Source of the DNA: Actinomycetes bacterium
GTDB taxonomy: Bacteria > Actinomycetota > Acidimicrobiia > Acidimicrobiales > JAAEMS01
Direction: 5' to 3'
Assembly (NCBI GenBank): GCA_024225275.1
Contig: JAAEMS010000220.1
Span: forward strand, 1-41,054
DNA: 41,054 nt
The notes below the pieces were generated by a model that ran no database searches, was not told the DNA's origin, and saw only the letters and a program-made list of their open reading frames with translations. The translations under genes and the position numbers were made by a program. Below, piece by piece: positions 17,252 to 26,462 of the stretch; within the stretch, counting starts at the first letter, position 1; every line of letters starts with the position of its first letter.

Positions 17252-18754
17252 TCAACCCAGAGCGACGGTGAGGGCCACGAACCCCAGGGGCGGGAGCTCG
17301 ACCCGGACCCCGACACCGTCCACCCGTGCCCGATCGGTGGACTCGTGGACGACAGTGTCGGGTGACTCCCAGGTGTTGGTGGCCTCGGGGTCGTCGTGGT
17401 GGAGCAGATCGGCCGACTCAATGGCGACCACCGCCCGGTCGGCCACCTCGATCGAGACGTCGAGGGTCTCGTCGACCAATCGGTTCACCAGGAAGAAGTG
17501 GGCCCGGTCGTCGTCGTGGATGACCGATGCGTCGACTCCGGGTAGGTCACCGAAGGGCCCACCGACGGTGGTGCCGTCGTAGGCGGTCCGCAGTGATCGG
17601 CCGCTCTGACGGTGTCGGAACATGGCGAGAGCGTGGAAGATCGTCTGATGCAGCAGGTCGTCGCCGCGGGTGAGCAGGGGGGCGATGACGTTGACGATCT
17701 GGGCCAGGTTGGCGACCTTCACCACGTCGGCCCGGCGAATGAAGCTGTTCAGGAACTGGGCCACCACCAGGGCGTCCTGGTGGTCGTACACCTCCTCGAC
17801 GAGGTGGGCGGGGAAGGGCTGGCCCCGCTTCATGCCCTCGGCGTCCATGGTTCGAAACCACACGTTCCACTCGTCGAAGGCGATGTAGGGGCGTCGCCCG
17901 CTGAGGCGCACTCCGGCGGCGTAACGGCATACCGCATCCATCTCGTCGATCTGGCGATCGATCAGGGCTCCGGTGGTGAGGTAGCGGCGGGTGTCGCCGT
18001 CGGGGTTGCCGACGTAGCGGTGGGTCGAGAGGTAGTGGCCCAGGCCGCCCACCGCTTCGAGGGCCTGGCGGTCCCAGCTCATCCATGTGGGGCTCTCGGC
18101 GGTGGACGAGCCGCTGACCACCAGCTCGATGGCGGGATCGACCAGCCTCATCATGTGGGCGGCCTGGCTGGCCTTCACCCCATAGTCGTGAACGGGAACC
18201 CGGCCCACCTGCCACGGGCCGTCCATCTCGTTGCCGAGACACCAGAGGGGCACGGCCCATGGCCCGGCGCGGCCGTTGTCGACCCTGCGGTCGGCGTACC
18301 GGGTGCCGGCGGCGGCATTGCAGTATTCGACCCAGTCGGCGGCCTCTTCGGGTGACCCGGTGCCGAGGTTCACCGCCAACATCGGGGTCCAGCCCATGCG
18401 GGCGGCGAGGGCGAGGAACTCATCGGTACCGAACCTGTTGGGCTCGATGCTGCCCCACGCCAGGTCCCTCACCGTGGGCCGCTCCGCGGTCGGGCCCACG
18501 CCGTCGGTCCAGTGGTAGTTGGAAACGAAGTTCCCACCCGGGTAGCGCATGACCGTGAACCCGAGCCGGTCGAGAGCTTCGAGCACGTCACGCCGACAGC
18601 CGTGTTCGTCGGCGTGGGCGGAATCGGGGTCGTAGACCCCCTCGTACACGGCCCGGCCCATGTGTTCGAGGAAGCCGCCGAACACCCGTCGGTCGACCTC
18701 ACCGACATGGTGTCGGGTGTGTAGGTGCAGGGTCGCATTGGCCATCGTGGGCAC
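17252..18754 (-). CDS. GH51 alpha-L-arabinofuranosidase
   Basis: Family blocks RYPGGNFVSNYHW, CLGNEMDGPWQ and IAFDEWNVW (catalytic Glu regions). Length of 500 aa is typical of AbfA. Confidence 0.85.
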   Translation of the reverse strand: MPTMANATLHLHTRHHVGEVDRRVFGGFLEHMGRAVYEGVYDPDSAHADEHGCRRDVLEALDRLGFTVMRYPGGNFVSNYHWTDGVGPTAERPTVRDLAWGSIEPNRFGTDEFLALAARMGWTPMLAVNLGTGSPEEAADWVEYCNAAAGTRYADRRVDNGRAGPWAVPLWCLGNEMDGPWQVGRVPVHDYGVKASQAAHMMRLVDPAIELVVSGSSTAESPTWMSWDRQALEAVGGLGHYLSTHRYVGNPDGDTRRYLTTGALIDRQIDEMDAVCRYAAGVRLSGRRPYIAFDEWNVWFRTMDAEGMKRGQPFPAHLVEEVYDHQDALVVAQFLNSFIRRADVVKVANLAQIVNVIAPLLTRGDDLLHQTIFHALAMFRHRQSGRSLRTAYDGTTVGGPFGDLPGVDASVIHDDDRAHFFLVNRLVDETLDVSIEVADRAVVAIESADLLHHDDPEATNTWESPDTVVHESTDRARVDGVGVRVELPPLGFVALTVALG

Positions 18755-18807
18755 AGTAGCGATCCCCTCGGGTACCGTGCTGAACGCCGACGCGAGGGGG
18801 CCGCCGC

Positions 18808-20292
18808 ATGACCGATCTCGATCTGGACAGCGACGAATCGATCCGCGATCCGGCCGGGTACTTCGGTGCCCGCCGGACTGATGGGCCGGTGCAGTGGAGT
18901 GAGCGCCAGCGGGCCTGGGTCGTGCTCGACCATGCCGAGGTCGGTGACGCTTTCCGGGAGACCGAGACCTTGTCGGCAGACCGCATCACCGCCCTCGAAC
19001 GGGTGGCCCGGGACCGGCCGGCGGCGTTCATGAAGGTCGTCGACCTGTTGAGGGGCTGGATGGTCTTCCGCGACCCGCCGGCTCACACCCGGCTGCGCGA
19101 CCCCATGCGCAATGTGTTCACCCCGAGGCGGGTGGGGGACATGCACGACCTCGTCGCCGAGGTCGTCGACGACGTGGTGGGGGGACTGCCCGCCGACGGC
19201 TTCGAGGTCCGCCGCGATTTCGGCAGTCCCCTGCCCGCTCTGGTCATTGCCGCGATTCTGGGCGTCGAGCGGGAGGACCGGGCGAAGTTCCAGGCCTGGT
19301 CCGATGATCTGGCCACGATCGTGTTCTCGGCCCAACCCTCGGCCACCGAACCCGCTCGGGCCATCAGCGCCACCGAGGAGTTCAGTGCCTTCTTCGGCGA
19401 TCTGATCGACCGCGAGCGAGAGAATCCGGGCGACAGCCTGCTTTCGACCCTGGTAGCCGAGGCCGACGACGAGCTGACGGCCATGGAACTGGTGGGCGCA
19501 TGCACCCTGGTCCTGTTCGGGGGTCACGAGACCACCGCATCACTACTGACCAACACCGTTGGAGTCCTGCTGGAGCGACCTGGCCTGATGGCCTGGTGGC
19601 GGGCCCACCCCGAAGCCGATGCCACGGCCATCGAGGAGTTCCTCCGGGTGGTCGGGCCGGCCCGCACCATGTTCCGCAAGGCCGCGGTTGACCACCAGCG
19701 CGGTGGTGCCAGTGTCAAGGCTGGCCAGACGGTGGCCATCTGCATCGCCGCGGCCAACCACGACGAGTCGATGATCGCTGATCCCGGCCGCATCGACCTG
19801 ACCCGGGACCCCAACCCCCACTACGCCTTCGGTTGGGGGCTCCACCACTGTGTCGGCTCCCACCTGGCCCGGCTCGAGGCCCAGCTGGCCATGCGCGCCC
19901 TGTTCAATCGCTTCGCGGTACTCGAGCCGGTCGGTGTCGTCCCCCCGGTCACCGGGACCGTGCTCGGCTACGCCCGCGAACCGATGGTCGTGGGGGCGGG
20001 ATGGACAGGCGACGCGCAACCACCAGATTGCGCCCATCGGTGGTCCTCAGCGGCTGGCGTCGCTGCGGAACACCCGGGCGAGAACCAGGATCAGGATGGC
20101 GCCGAACACAGAGCCGAAGAAGCCGCTGCCGGCCGGCTCGAATCCGTCCCCGGTGAGCGCGTTGAGAGCGGTGCCACCCACCAGCGAGCCGATCATGCCC
20201 AACCCGATGGTCCCGATACAGCCCAGCCCGCGGTTGCCGGGTACGACCATCCGGGCCAGCACCCCGATAATGAAGCCACCGATCAGCCATGA
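18808..20292 (+). CDS. Cytochrome P450 monooxygenase with an unusually long C-terminal tail
   Basis: I-helix GGHETTAS, ExxR (EEFLR) and heme-thiolate loop FGWGLHHCVGSHLARLE. After the expected P450 end (near 20030) the frame stays open for roughly 85 low-complexity codons that are antisense to the GlsB-like gene. Confidence 0.8.
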   Translation: MTDLDLDSDESIRDPAGYFGARRTDGPVQWSERQRAWVVLDHAEVGDAFRETETLSADRITALERVARDRPAAFMKVVDLLRGWMVFRDPPAHTRLRDPMRNVFTPRRVGDMHDLVAEVVDDVVGGLPADGFEVRRDFGSPLPALVIAAILGVEREDRAKFQAWSDDLATIVFSAQPSATEPARAISATEEFSAFFGDLIDRERENPGDSLLSTLVAEADDELTAMELVGACTLVLFGGHETTASLLTNTVGVLLERPGLMAWWRAHPEADATAIEEFLRVVGPARTMFRKAAVDHQRGGASVKAGQTVAICIAAANHDESMIADPGRIDLTRDPNPHYAFGWGLHHCVGSHLARLEAQLAMRALFNRFAVLEPVGVVPPVTGTVLGYAREPMVVGAGWTGDAQPPDCAHRWSSAAGVAAEHPGENQDQDGAEHRAEEAAAGRLESVPGERVESGATHQRADHAQPDGPDTAQPAVAGYDHPGQHPDNEATDQP

Positions 20293-20325
20293 GATCACGC
20301 CCATGCCCCCATCCTCCCACGCCAC
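20047..20325 (-). CDS. GlsB/YeaQ/YmgE-family small membrane protein (transglycosylase-associated)
   Basis: GVISWLIGGFIIGVLARMVVPG...IGTIGLGMIGSLVGGTAL matches the YeaQ/YmgE two-helix glycine-zipper pattern. An alternative start at the second Met is about 20304. Confidence 0.65.
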   Translation of the reverse strand: MAWEDGGMGVISWLIGGFIIGVLARMVVPGNRGLGCIGTIGLGMIGSLVGGTALNALTGDGFEPAGSGFFGSVFGAILILVLARVFRSDASR

Positions 20326-20406
20326 CCCCCGAAGTTGAGGCCGATTGCCTCACGGGTGACGCGATCCGCCTCACGTTGGGTTGGGTCGGGTGGGGGCGGG
20401 TGAGCG

Positions 20407-21516
20407 GTGTCGGGCAGACTGGGGGCCATGACCAACGCGGCGACCACCAGCTCGGCCCTGGGTCTGGCCGTGGCCGCGGGGGTACCGGTGCTGCTCTGGG
20501 GGGCACCGGGTACCGGCAAGAGCTCGGCGGTGCGAGCCATGGCCGAATCCATCGGCTGGCCGTGCGAGGTGGTCATCGCCTCGATCCGTGAGCCCACCGA
20601 CTTCGCCGGGCTCCCGGTTGTGGTCGACGATGGCATCCGTTTCGCCCCGCCCACCTGGGCCACCAGGCTGGCCGAGTCCGAGCGCGGGCTTCTGTTCCTC
20701 GACGAGATCTCCACCGCGCCACCCGCCGTCCAGGCGGCCCTCCTTCGGGTGGTGCTGGAACGGGTCGTGGGCGATCTGGATCTGCCCGACAGCATCGCCG
20801 TGGTTGCGGCCGCCAACCCGCCTGACCAGGCGGCCGATGGCTGGGACCTGTCAGCCCCCCTGGCCAATCGCTTCTGCCACCTCGACTGGGACGTCGATCC
20901 GGCGGCGGTGGCCGAGGGTCTGGCCGGCGGATTCCCCGAGCCCACCGTTCCCCAGCTGGCCGGTGAATGGGAGAAGCGCATCACCACCGCCCGGGCCCAA
21001 GTGGCTGCGTTCCTGGTGGTGCGGCCCGGGCTGGTGTCCGCACCGCCCACCGAACGGGCCGCTGCGGGCCGAGCCTGGCCCAGTCCCCGATCCTGGGAGA
21101 TGACGGCCCGCCTCCTGGGCGCCGCCCAGGTCGCCGACTCCGACGGCCCGGTTCGTGCCGCCTTGGTCACCGGATGTGTCGGCCAGGGGGCGGGTATCGA
21201 GTTCCTGTCCTGGCTCGACGAGCTCGACCTGCCCGATCCCGAGGCGGTGCTGGCCGACCCGGGCTCGTTCGTCCTGCCCGAGCGGGGTGACCGGGCCTAC
21301 GCGGTGCTCACCTCGGTGGCCGCCGCGGTGGCGGCCGACACCACGCCCGAACGGTGGGCCGCCGGTTGGGTGGTACTGGGCCAGGCCGGCGAAACCGCTC
21401 CCGATGTTGCCGCGGTGGCTGCCCGCATCCTGGCCCGGTGCCGGCCCGAGGGTGCCTCGGCCCCACCCCAGGCCGCGGCCTTCGTACCCCTCCTAGAGCA
21501 GGCCGGACTGCTCTGA
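20407..21516 (+). CDS. MoxR-family AAA+ ATPase (AAA_5)
   Basis: Walker A LLWGAPGTGKSS, PTD motif (REPTDFAGLP), Walker B LLFLDEISTA, QAALLRVVLER, sensor ANP (VVAAANPPD) and LANRF. GTG start at 20407; alternative ATG at 20428. Confidence 0.85.
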   Translation: MSGRLGAMTNAATTSSALGLAVAAGVPVLLWGAPGTGKSSAVRAMAESIGWPCEVVIASIREPTDFAGLPVVVDDGIRFAPPTWATRLAESERGLLFLDEISTAPPAVQAALLRVVLERVVGDLDLPDSIAVVAAANPPDQAADGWDLSAPLANRFCHLDWDVDPAAVAEGLAGGFPEPTVPQLAGEWEKRITTARAQVAAFLVVRPGLVSAPPTERAAAGRAWPSPRSWEMTARLLGAAQVADSDGPVRAALVTGCVGQGAGIEFLSWLDELDLPDPEAVLADPGSFVLPERGDRAYAVLTSVAAAVAADTTPERWAAGWVVLGQAGETAPDVAAVAARILARCRPEGASAPPQAAAFVPLLEQAGLL

Positions 21517-21520
21517 CCGG

Positions 21521-22714
21521 GTGGTTGACCCCGTGACCCACAGCCCGCTCCCGGCCCTCGACGGGGAGAAGGTGGCCGCCGCGAGGCTCCACGCCATCGA
21601 TCGCTTCCCTTACCTGGCGTCAGCCCTGTTCGCCGCCCCGATCCTCGAAGCCGACGAACTGGGTCGCCTCATGGTCGATGAGTGGTGGCGGATCCATGCC
21701 GATCCGGTGACCGTCGACCAGCTGTCGGTCCCGGAGTTGGCCGGTGAGCTGCTACACCTGACCGGCCACCTCCTGCGCGATCACGCGGCCCGGGCTCGAA
21801 CCGTGGGGTTCGACGAGGCCACCGAGCTGCACCACTGGGTCGACGCGGCCGACGCAGAATTGGTCGACGATCTGCCGGCCGATCTGCAGGCTCTGGCGGC
21901 GGTGCACCCCGAGGATCTGGGCTGCGAGGACGGGCGTCTGGCCGAGGAGTACTACCGGCGCGGCCTGCCCCGAGAAGGCATGGAGAACAACTGTGGGAGC
22001 GGAGCCCACGGGCGACACGCCCCCTGGGAGCCCCCGCCCCCGAGCGATGGCGGCGAAGGTTTGGAGCGTGATCAACAGGAGCTGGTCCGCCGCCGGGTCG
22101 CCGAAGACGTACTTCGTCACGCCAACGAGGCCACCAAGGGTTTGCGCCGTTGGGCCCAGGAAGCTGTGGGCAGCCAGGTCGACTGGCGTCGGGAGCTGGC
22201 CTCCGAGCTGAGGCGCAGTATCTCGTGGGTCAGCGGTGCCGTCGACTACAGCTGGGCCCGTCCCAGCCGTCGTGCCGTCGCCCTCGGGCCGGTGGTATTG
22301 CCCTCCTTGCGCCGGCCCGTCCCCGAAGTGGCGGTGGTGGCCGACACCAGCGCATCGGTGTCGGACGAACTGCTGGGTGAGGCAATGGCCGAGGTCGACG
22401 GCCTGCTGAGGGCGGTGGGGGTCCGGGATGTCCGGGTGTTGGCGTGTGACGACGCGGTCCGAGGGGTGAGCCGGGTCCGCCAGGTCGAGGACATCACCCT
22501 GCTGGGCGGGGGTGGCACCGACATGGGAGTGGGCCTCGAAGCCGCCCTCGACCACCGGCCCCGCCCCCAGGTGGTGGTCGTGCTGACCGATGGGTGGTCG
22601 CCGTGGCCGGAAGCGCCCCTGCCCGGCACCCGGGTGGTGGTGGGTCTGTTGGGATCCGATCCTTCGCCTCCTCCCTCATGGTGTCGGACGGTCGCCATCG
22701 GGGATGCCCTGTGA
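21521..22714 (+). CDS. VWA-domain protein, DUF2201-like (N-terminal putative metallopeptidase-like domain plus C-terminal von Willebrand A)
   Basis: MIDAS DxSxS motif in VAVVADTSASVSDEL, then LTDGWSPWP near the end. It begins 5 nt after the MoxR stop. The N-terminal region has HLTGHLLRDH but no clean HExxH. Confidence 0.8.
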   Translation: MVDPVTHSPLPALDGEKVAAARLHAIDRFPYLASALFAAPILEADELGRLMVDEWWRIHADPVTVDQLSVPELAGELLHLTGHLLRDHAARARTVGFDEATELHHWVDAADAELVDDLPADLQALAAVHPEDLGCEDGRLAEEYYRRGLPREGMENNCGSGAHGRHAPWEPPPPSDGGEGLERDQQELVRRRVAEDVLRHANEATKGLRRWAQEAVGSQVDWRRELASELRRSISWVSGAVDYSWARPSRRAVALGPVVLPSLRRPVPEVAVVADTSASVSDELLGEAMAEVDGLLRAVGVRDVRVLACDDAVRGVSRVRQVEDITLLGGGGTDMGVGLEAALDHRPRPQVVVVLTDGWSPWPEAPLPGTRVVVGLLGSDPSPPPSWCRTVAIGDAL

Positions 22715-23535
22715 CGGGGGGCGACGACATCGAGGACCTCGAGCTCACCGTGAGGTGCGGGGGTGGGTTGCATGTCGTGCGGTGGAGCCGGGGCCGACTC
22801 GTGCTCGACCATCACCCCGACATCGATGCCGAACGGGCCCTGGTGGCCTTTGGTGGCGAGGCCCCTCCGTGTGTCGCCCACTATGAGCTGTGGTGCGAGG
22901 CGGTGGCCGACGGAGGGTTCCTGGGTGAGTGGGCCCACCGGCACGAGATCGGCCGCGACCGGCTGTGGTGGTTGAAGGTCGCCATCGAGCGGATGCGGTC
23001 CGAGGGGGTGCAGGAGTTCCTGCGAGACATGTCACGCCCCACCGCGGCCCGTATGGGCCAGTTCGTAACCGGGTTCCCCCAGTCCTTTGTCGACCAGGCT
23101 GGGGCCGAGGTGGCCCGGCGCCTGCTGGCGGGCGAGAATGTCGCCTACCCGCGGGCCGATCTCCTGATCGAGCAAGCCGTAGCCCTCCGGGTGCGCGAGG
23201 CCTTCGCCCGCAGCATCGGGGGCACCCTGCTCTCCTTGGGGGCCGCTGCCCTGGTGCCCTTCCGGCCGATGATCGCCGACGACGTCGAGGCGGGGATCTC
23301 CGGGGTTCTGGACGGCCGCAACAGTTGGGTCGAGGTCACCGTTTCGCCGGCTTGGTTGGCCCAGGTGTGGGCCCGGGGGTTGGGGGTGGTCGAGGGCCAT
23401 CTCCTGGTCGCGGTCGATGACGAATCCCATCGGGCCCTGGTGGTGACCTGGAAGGGCGAGGCCAATGGGCACCACGTACCCGTCGTCGACTGGTCGGATC
23501 TGGTGCACCGGCCCGATGGCTGGGCCTTGGCCTGA
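22711..23535 (+). CDS. Hypothetical soluble protein (about 275 aa) translationally coupled to the VWA gene
   Basis: GTG at 22711 overlaps the VWA stop (GTGA). Codon usage is consistent with the neighbouring genes. I recognise no motif. The track ORF start at 22594 is a 5' extension into the VWA gene. Confidence 0.55.
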   Translation: MTGGDDIEDLELTVRCGGGLHVVRWSRGRLVLDHHPDIDAERALVAFGGEAPPCVAHYELWCEAVADGGFLGEWAHRHEIGRDRLWWLKVAIERMRSEGVQEFLRDMSRPTAARMGQFVTGFPQSFVDQAGAEVARRLLAGENVAYPRADLLIEQAVALRVREAFARSIGGTLLSLGAAALVPFRPMIADDVEAGISGVLDGRNSWVEVTVSPAWLAQVWARGLGVVEGHLLVAVDDESHRALVVTWKGEANGHHVPVVDWSDLVHRPDGWALA

Positions 23536-23572
23536 GCGTCATACCCGGGCCGACTGTGCCGATCCCAGAGGC

Positions 23573-24436
23573 ATGATCGCCATGAACAAGGGTGGCCCTC
23601 GGCGGGGCCTGACCCCGGCGCGCACCTTCATCTACGCGGTCGTCGCATTGATCTCGGTGGCTGCGGTCGTGAGCATCAACCGGCTCGACACCACCGGCAA
23701 GGCGGCGGGCATCGTTCTCGACGTGGAGGCGGCCCGGCAGACCACCCGAAGCCCCTTCGTCGACCAGTGGGAATACACCTACGAGGTGCGGATCTCGCCG
23801 GCCTTGGGTGGCTACACGCGCGACCTGCACACCACCGACGAGTTCGACATAGGTGACCAGATCGAGGTTCTGGTGGTCGCTCGCGAGGGTGGCTTGGCCT
23901 TCGAGCCGGTCGGCACTGTCCGGAACCTGTGGTGGCTGACGATCGCCGTGGGGGGCCTTGCCGTGGCATCCCTATTGGGTAGTGGGGCCGTTCTCCGGAG
24001 CAGGGGCGGCGGCCAGAACCTGGTGATGGGGGCCGGACTCGTGGCGGGAGCCATTGCCGTTCTCGTTGCCCTCTGGATGGGTGTACCCCGGCTGGCCGAA
24101 GCCACCGCGTCCACGGCTCCGGCCGATGTCGGCAGGGTGCACATGTTCGGCGCGTCGGGTGGGGTCGACATCGAGGTGATCACTGGGTCGGGCCGAGCGG
24201 TCGAAACGAATGTCGCGGCCCGGTGGTGGCTGTCCCACGGCGAACCCGGCGTCATCGAGGTCGTCGAGACCGACCGCGGCCTTCTCGTGCGGGGTGACGA
24301 CCGCTTCGGTCCCGGGGGTCTGGCCATTGTCGGGCTGTGGGCCTTCAGCCTGGTCGCTGGTGGGGTCATCTGGTCAGCCAAGCGGGACCGCCGCCGATCG
24401 GCGCCGACTCCACCGACCGAGCTATCGGCGCACTAG
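23573..24436 (+). CDS. Multi-pass membrane protein (four predicted TM helices with two soluble beta-rich inserts)
   Basis: ATG at 23573 (MIAMNKGG). Hydrophobic segments FIYAVVALISVAAVV, LWWLTIAVGGLAVASLL, LVMGAGLVAGAIAVLVALWMGV and LAIVGLWAFSLVAGGVIW are separated by roughly 80-90-aa hydrophilic segments, giving a tandem TM-barrel-TM arrangement reminiscent of DUF3592-type proteins. Confidence 0.55.
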   Translation: MIAMNKGGPRRGLTPARTFIYAVVALISVAAVVSINRLDTTGKAAGIVLDVEAARQTTRSPFVDQWEYTYEVRISPALGGYTRDLHTTDEFDIGDQIEVLVVAREGGLAFEPVGTVRNLWWLTIAVGGLAVASLLGSGAVLRSRGGGQNLVMGAGLVAGAIAVLVALWMGVPRLAEATASTAPADVGRVHMFGASGGVDIEVITGSGRAVETNVAARWWLSHGEPGVIEVVETDRGLLVRGDDRFGPGGLAIVGLWAFSLVAGGVIWSAKRDRRRSAPTPPTELSAH

Positions 24437-24445
24437 AAACGGGGG

Positions 24446-25084
24446 ATGGCGAACCTCCCCGACGGACTGGCCGAACGTGAAGACAGATCCGTGGGGTGCT
24501 GGTGGCACGGCACCAACGAGCTCTACGTCGAATACCACGACGGCGAATGGGGTCGACCGGTCGGCGATGATGTCCGCCTGTTCGAGAAGGTGTGCCTCGA
24601 GGGGTTCCAGTCGGGGCTGTCGTGGCTGACCATCCTGCGCAAACGGGAGAACTTCCGCGCCGCGTTCGACGGCTTCGACTTCGAGAAGGTGGCGGGCTAC
24701 ACCACCAATGACGTCGAGCGGCTGCTCGGCGACGCCGGGATCATCCGTCACCGGGGCAAGATCGAGGCCACCATCAATAATGCCCAGCGGGCCATCGAGC
24801 TGATCGACGACGTCGGGTCGCTGGCCGCCTTCTTCTGGCGCTACGAGCCCGGCCCCGACGCCCGCCCGAAGGTGGTGAACCATGCCGCGCTGATGGAGCT
24901 GGCCATCACCCCCGAGTCGACGGCGCTCTCGAAGGACCTGAAGAAGCGGGGCTGGAAGTTCGTGGGCCCCACCACGATGTACGCACTCATGCAGGCCATG
25001 GGCATCGTGAATGACCACCTGGAGGGTTGCTCGACCCGCGACGAGGTGGAATCAGAGCGCGACACGTTCACCCGGCCGGGCTGA
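24446..25084 (+). CDS. tag: DNA-3-methyladenine glycosylase I
   Basis: Canonical Tag blocks: CWWHGTNELYVEYHDGEWGRP, LFEKVCLEGFQSGLSWLTILRKRENFRAAFDGFD and the zinc-site residues. Confidence 0.9.
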   Translation: MANLPDGLAEREDRSVGCWWHGTNELYVEYHDGEWGRPVGDDVRLFEKVCLEGFQSGLSWLTILRKRENFRAAFDGFDFEKVAGYTTNDVERLLGDAGIIRHRGKIEATINNAQRAIELIDDVGSLAAFFWRYEPGPDARPKVVNHAALMELAITPESTALSKDLKKRGWKFVGPTTMYALMQAMGIVNDHLEGCSTRDEVESERDTFTRPG

Positions 25085-25089
25085 GACCC

Positions 25090-26304
25090 TCAGGCCTGAC
25101 GGCCGGCGGCGGGGTCGCCCCGTGAACCCACCAGAAAGAGAACGGCGGCGCCCGCCACCAGTACGCCGCTGACCCTCATCGCCACGCCGATCGAGGTGGC
25201 CTCGCTGAGCAGGCCCAACAGGGGAGGGGCGGCCACGAAGCCGAAGTCTCCGGCCGATCGGTAGAGGGCCACGGCCATGCCGCGCCGATTGGGGGGCGCG
25301 ATGTCGGCCACGTAGGCGGCGGGAGCCGGCCCGGCCGTTCCCGTACCGAGGCTCATCACCACGTTCCCGACCACGAAAGCGGTCACGGTCGAGCTGCCAC
25401 CGATGACAAGAGTGCCGGCCCCGGCAGCAATTCCCGAGAACAGGATCACCCAGGCCCGTCCAACACGGTCGGCCGCCCCCGCGGCCGGGATCAGGGTGAA
25501 CAGGGTGAGCATGCCGGTGGCCGTGAACAGCAGGCCGAGCTCGCCTGCCCCCCACCCGAACACGTCGTTGGCGTAGAGGGGCACGAGCGTTCCCCGGGTA
25601 CCGGCCCGGCTCATGAAGATGGTGGCCGTGACCACCGCAATGAGCAGGAACTGCTTGCTGGAGAGCAGCGCCCATGTGGTGATCTCGGCCGGCGGAGGGC
25701 TGCCATCGGTGGGCTCGGGCGGTTGCTCGGGGCGGGTCTCGGGCAGCCGCACTGCCGCGTAGATGGCTGTGAGCAGGGCGGTGCCTCCGACCACGAAGAA
25801 GGGCATGTCCAGGCCGTAGCGTTCGGCGATCAGGCCCCCAACCCCGGGACCGACAGCCACCCCGAAGCTGAGGGCCCACTGGTTGGTCGCAACGTATCGG
25901 GCCCGCTTGTCGGGAGGGGCGATGTCGATCAGGTAGATCATCGCCGCGCTCATGTAGAAGCCCGAACCGGCACCGGCCACGAAGCGCCAGACGAGCAGGG
26001 TCCAGATGTCGTTGGCCAGACCCGAGCCGATCATTCCCACCGAGGTGATCAGCGGCCCGCCGACCAGGAGCAGGCGGCGTCCGTGCCGATCGGCCACCAG
26101 TCCCGCCGGGATGTTGAGGATCAGCCGGGCCAGGGCGAACACGGTGAGGGTGAGCCCCACCATGGTGGCTTCCACTCCGAATTCCTGGGCGTAGAGAGGC
26201 AGGACGGGAGCGACCACGCCTTGTCCCACCATCACCAGGAACGTGGCTCCCGACAGGACCAGCAGATGTTCGGCCTGGCGGAGTCGTTGGATCAGGCCGG
26301 GCAC
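25090..26304 (-). CDS. MFS transporter
   Basis: A 12-TM-type hydrophobic profile and the MFS loop motif GLVADRHGRR between TM2 and TM3. Confidence 0.85.
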   Translation of the reverse strand: MPGLIQRLRQAEHLLVLSGATFLVMVGQGVVAPVLPLYAQEFGVEATMVGLTLTVFALARLILNIPAGLVADRHGRRLLLVGGPLITSVGMIGSGLANDIWTLLVWRFVAGAGSGFYMSAAMIYLIDIAPPDKRARYVATNQWALSFGVAVGPGVGGLIAERYGLDMPFFVVGGTALLTAIYAAVRLPETRPEQPPEPTDGSPPPAEITTWALLSSKQFLLIAVVTATIFMSRAGTRGTLVPLYANDVFGWGAGELGLLFTATGMLTLFTLIPAAGAADRVGRAWVILFSGIAAGAGTLVIGGSSTVTAFVVGNVVMSLGTGTAGPAPAAYVADIAPPNRRGMAVALYRSAGDFGFVAAPPLLGLLSEATSIGVAMRVSGVLVAGAAVLFLVGSRGDPAAGRQA

Positions 26305-26462
26305 CGGTCCTTGCTAGCAGGGTGGGGCCCTCGGGGGTGAACGCCGGCGCCAGGTGAGGGACAGGCCCCGGTAGTAGGCGGGGAAGCCACCGAGGTTGGT
26401 GGGCGACACCGACCACGACCTCGACTTCGTCGCCGGTCCGGGGCCGCGATCCTCTACCCTGC

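Noticed and set aside
17252-18754. Considered whether the arabinofuranosidase marks a horizontally acquired glycan-utilisation island
   Set aside because: There are no other sugar transport or catabolic genes nearby and GC content is uniform, so it is treated as an isolated gene.
20295-21170. 291-aa minus-strand ORF antisense to the MoxR gene
   Set aside because: S/R/A/T-rich low-complexity translation; the MoxR frame has all the AAA+ motifs.
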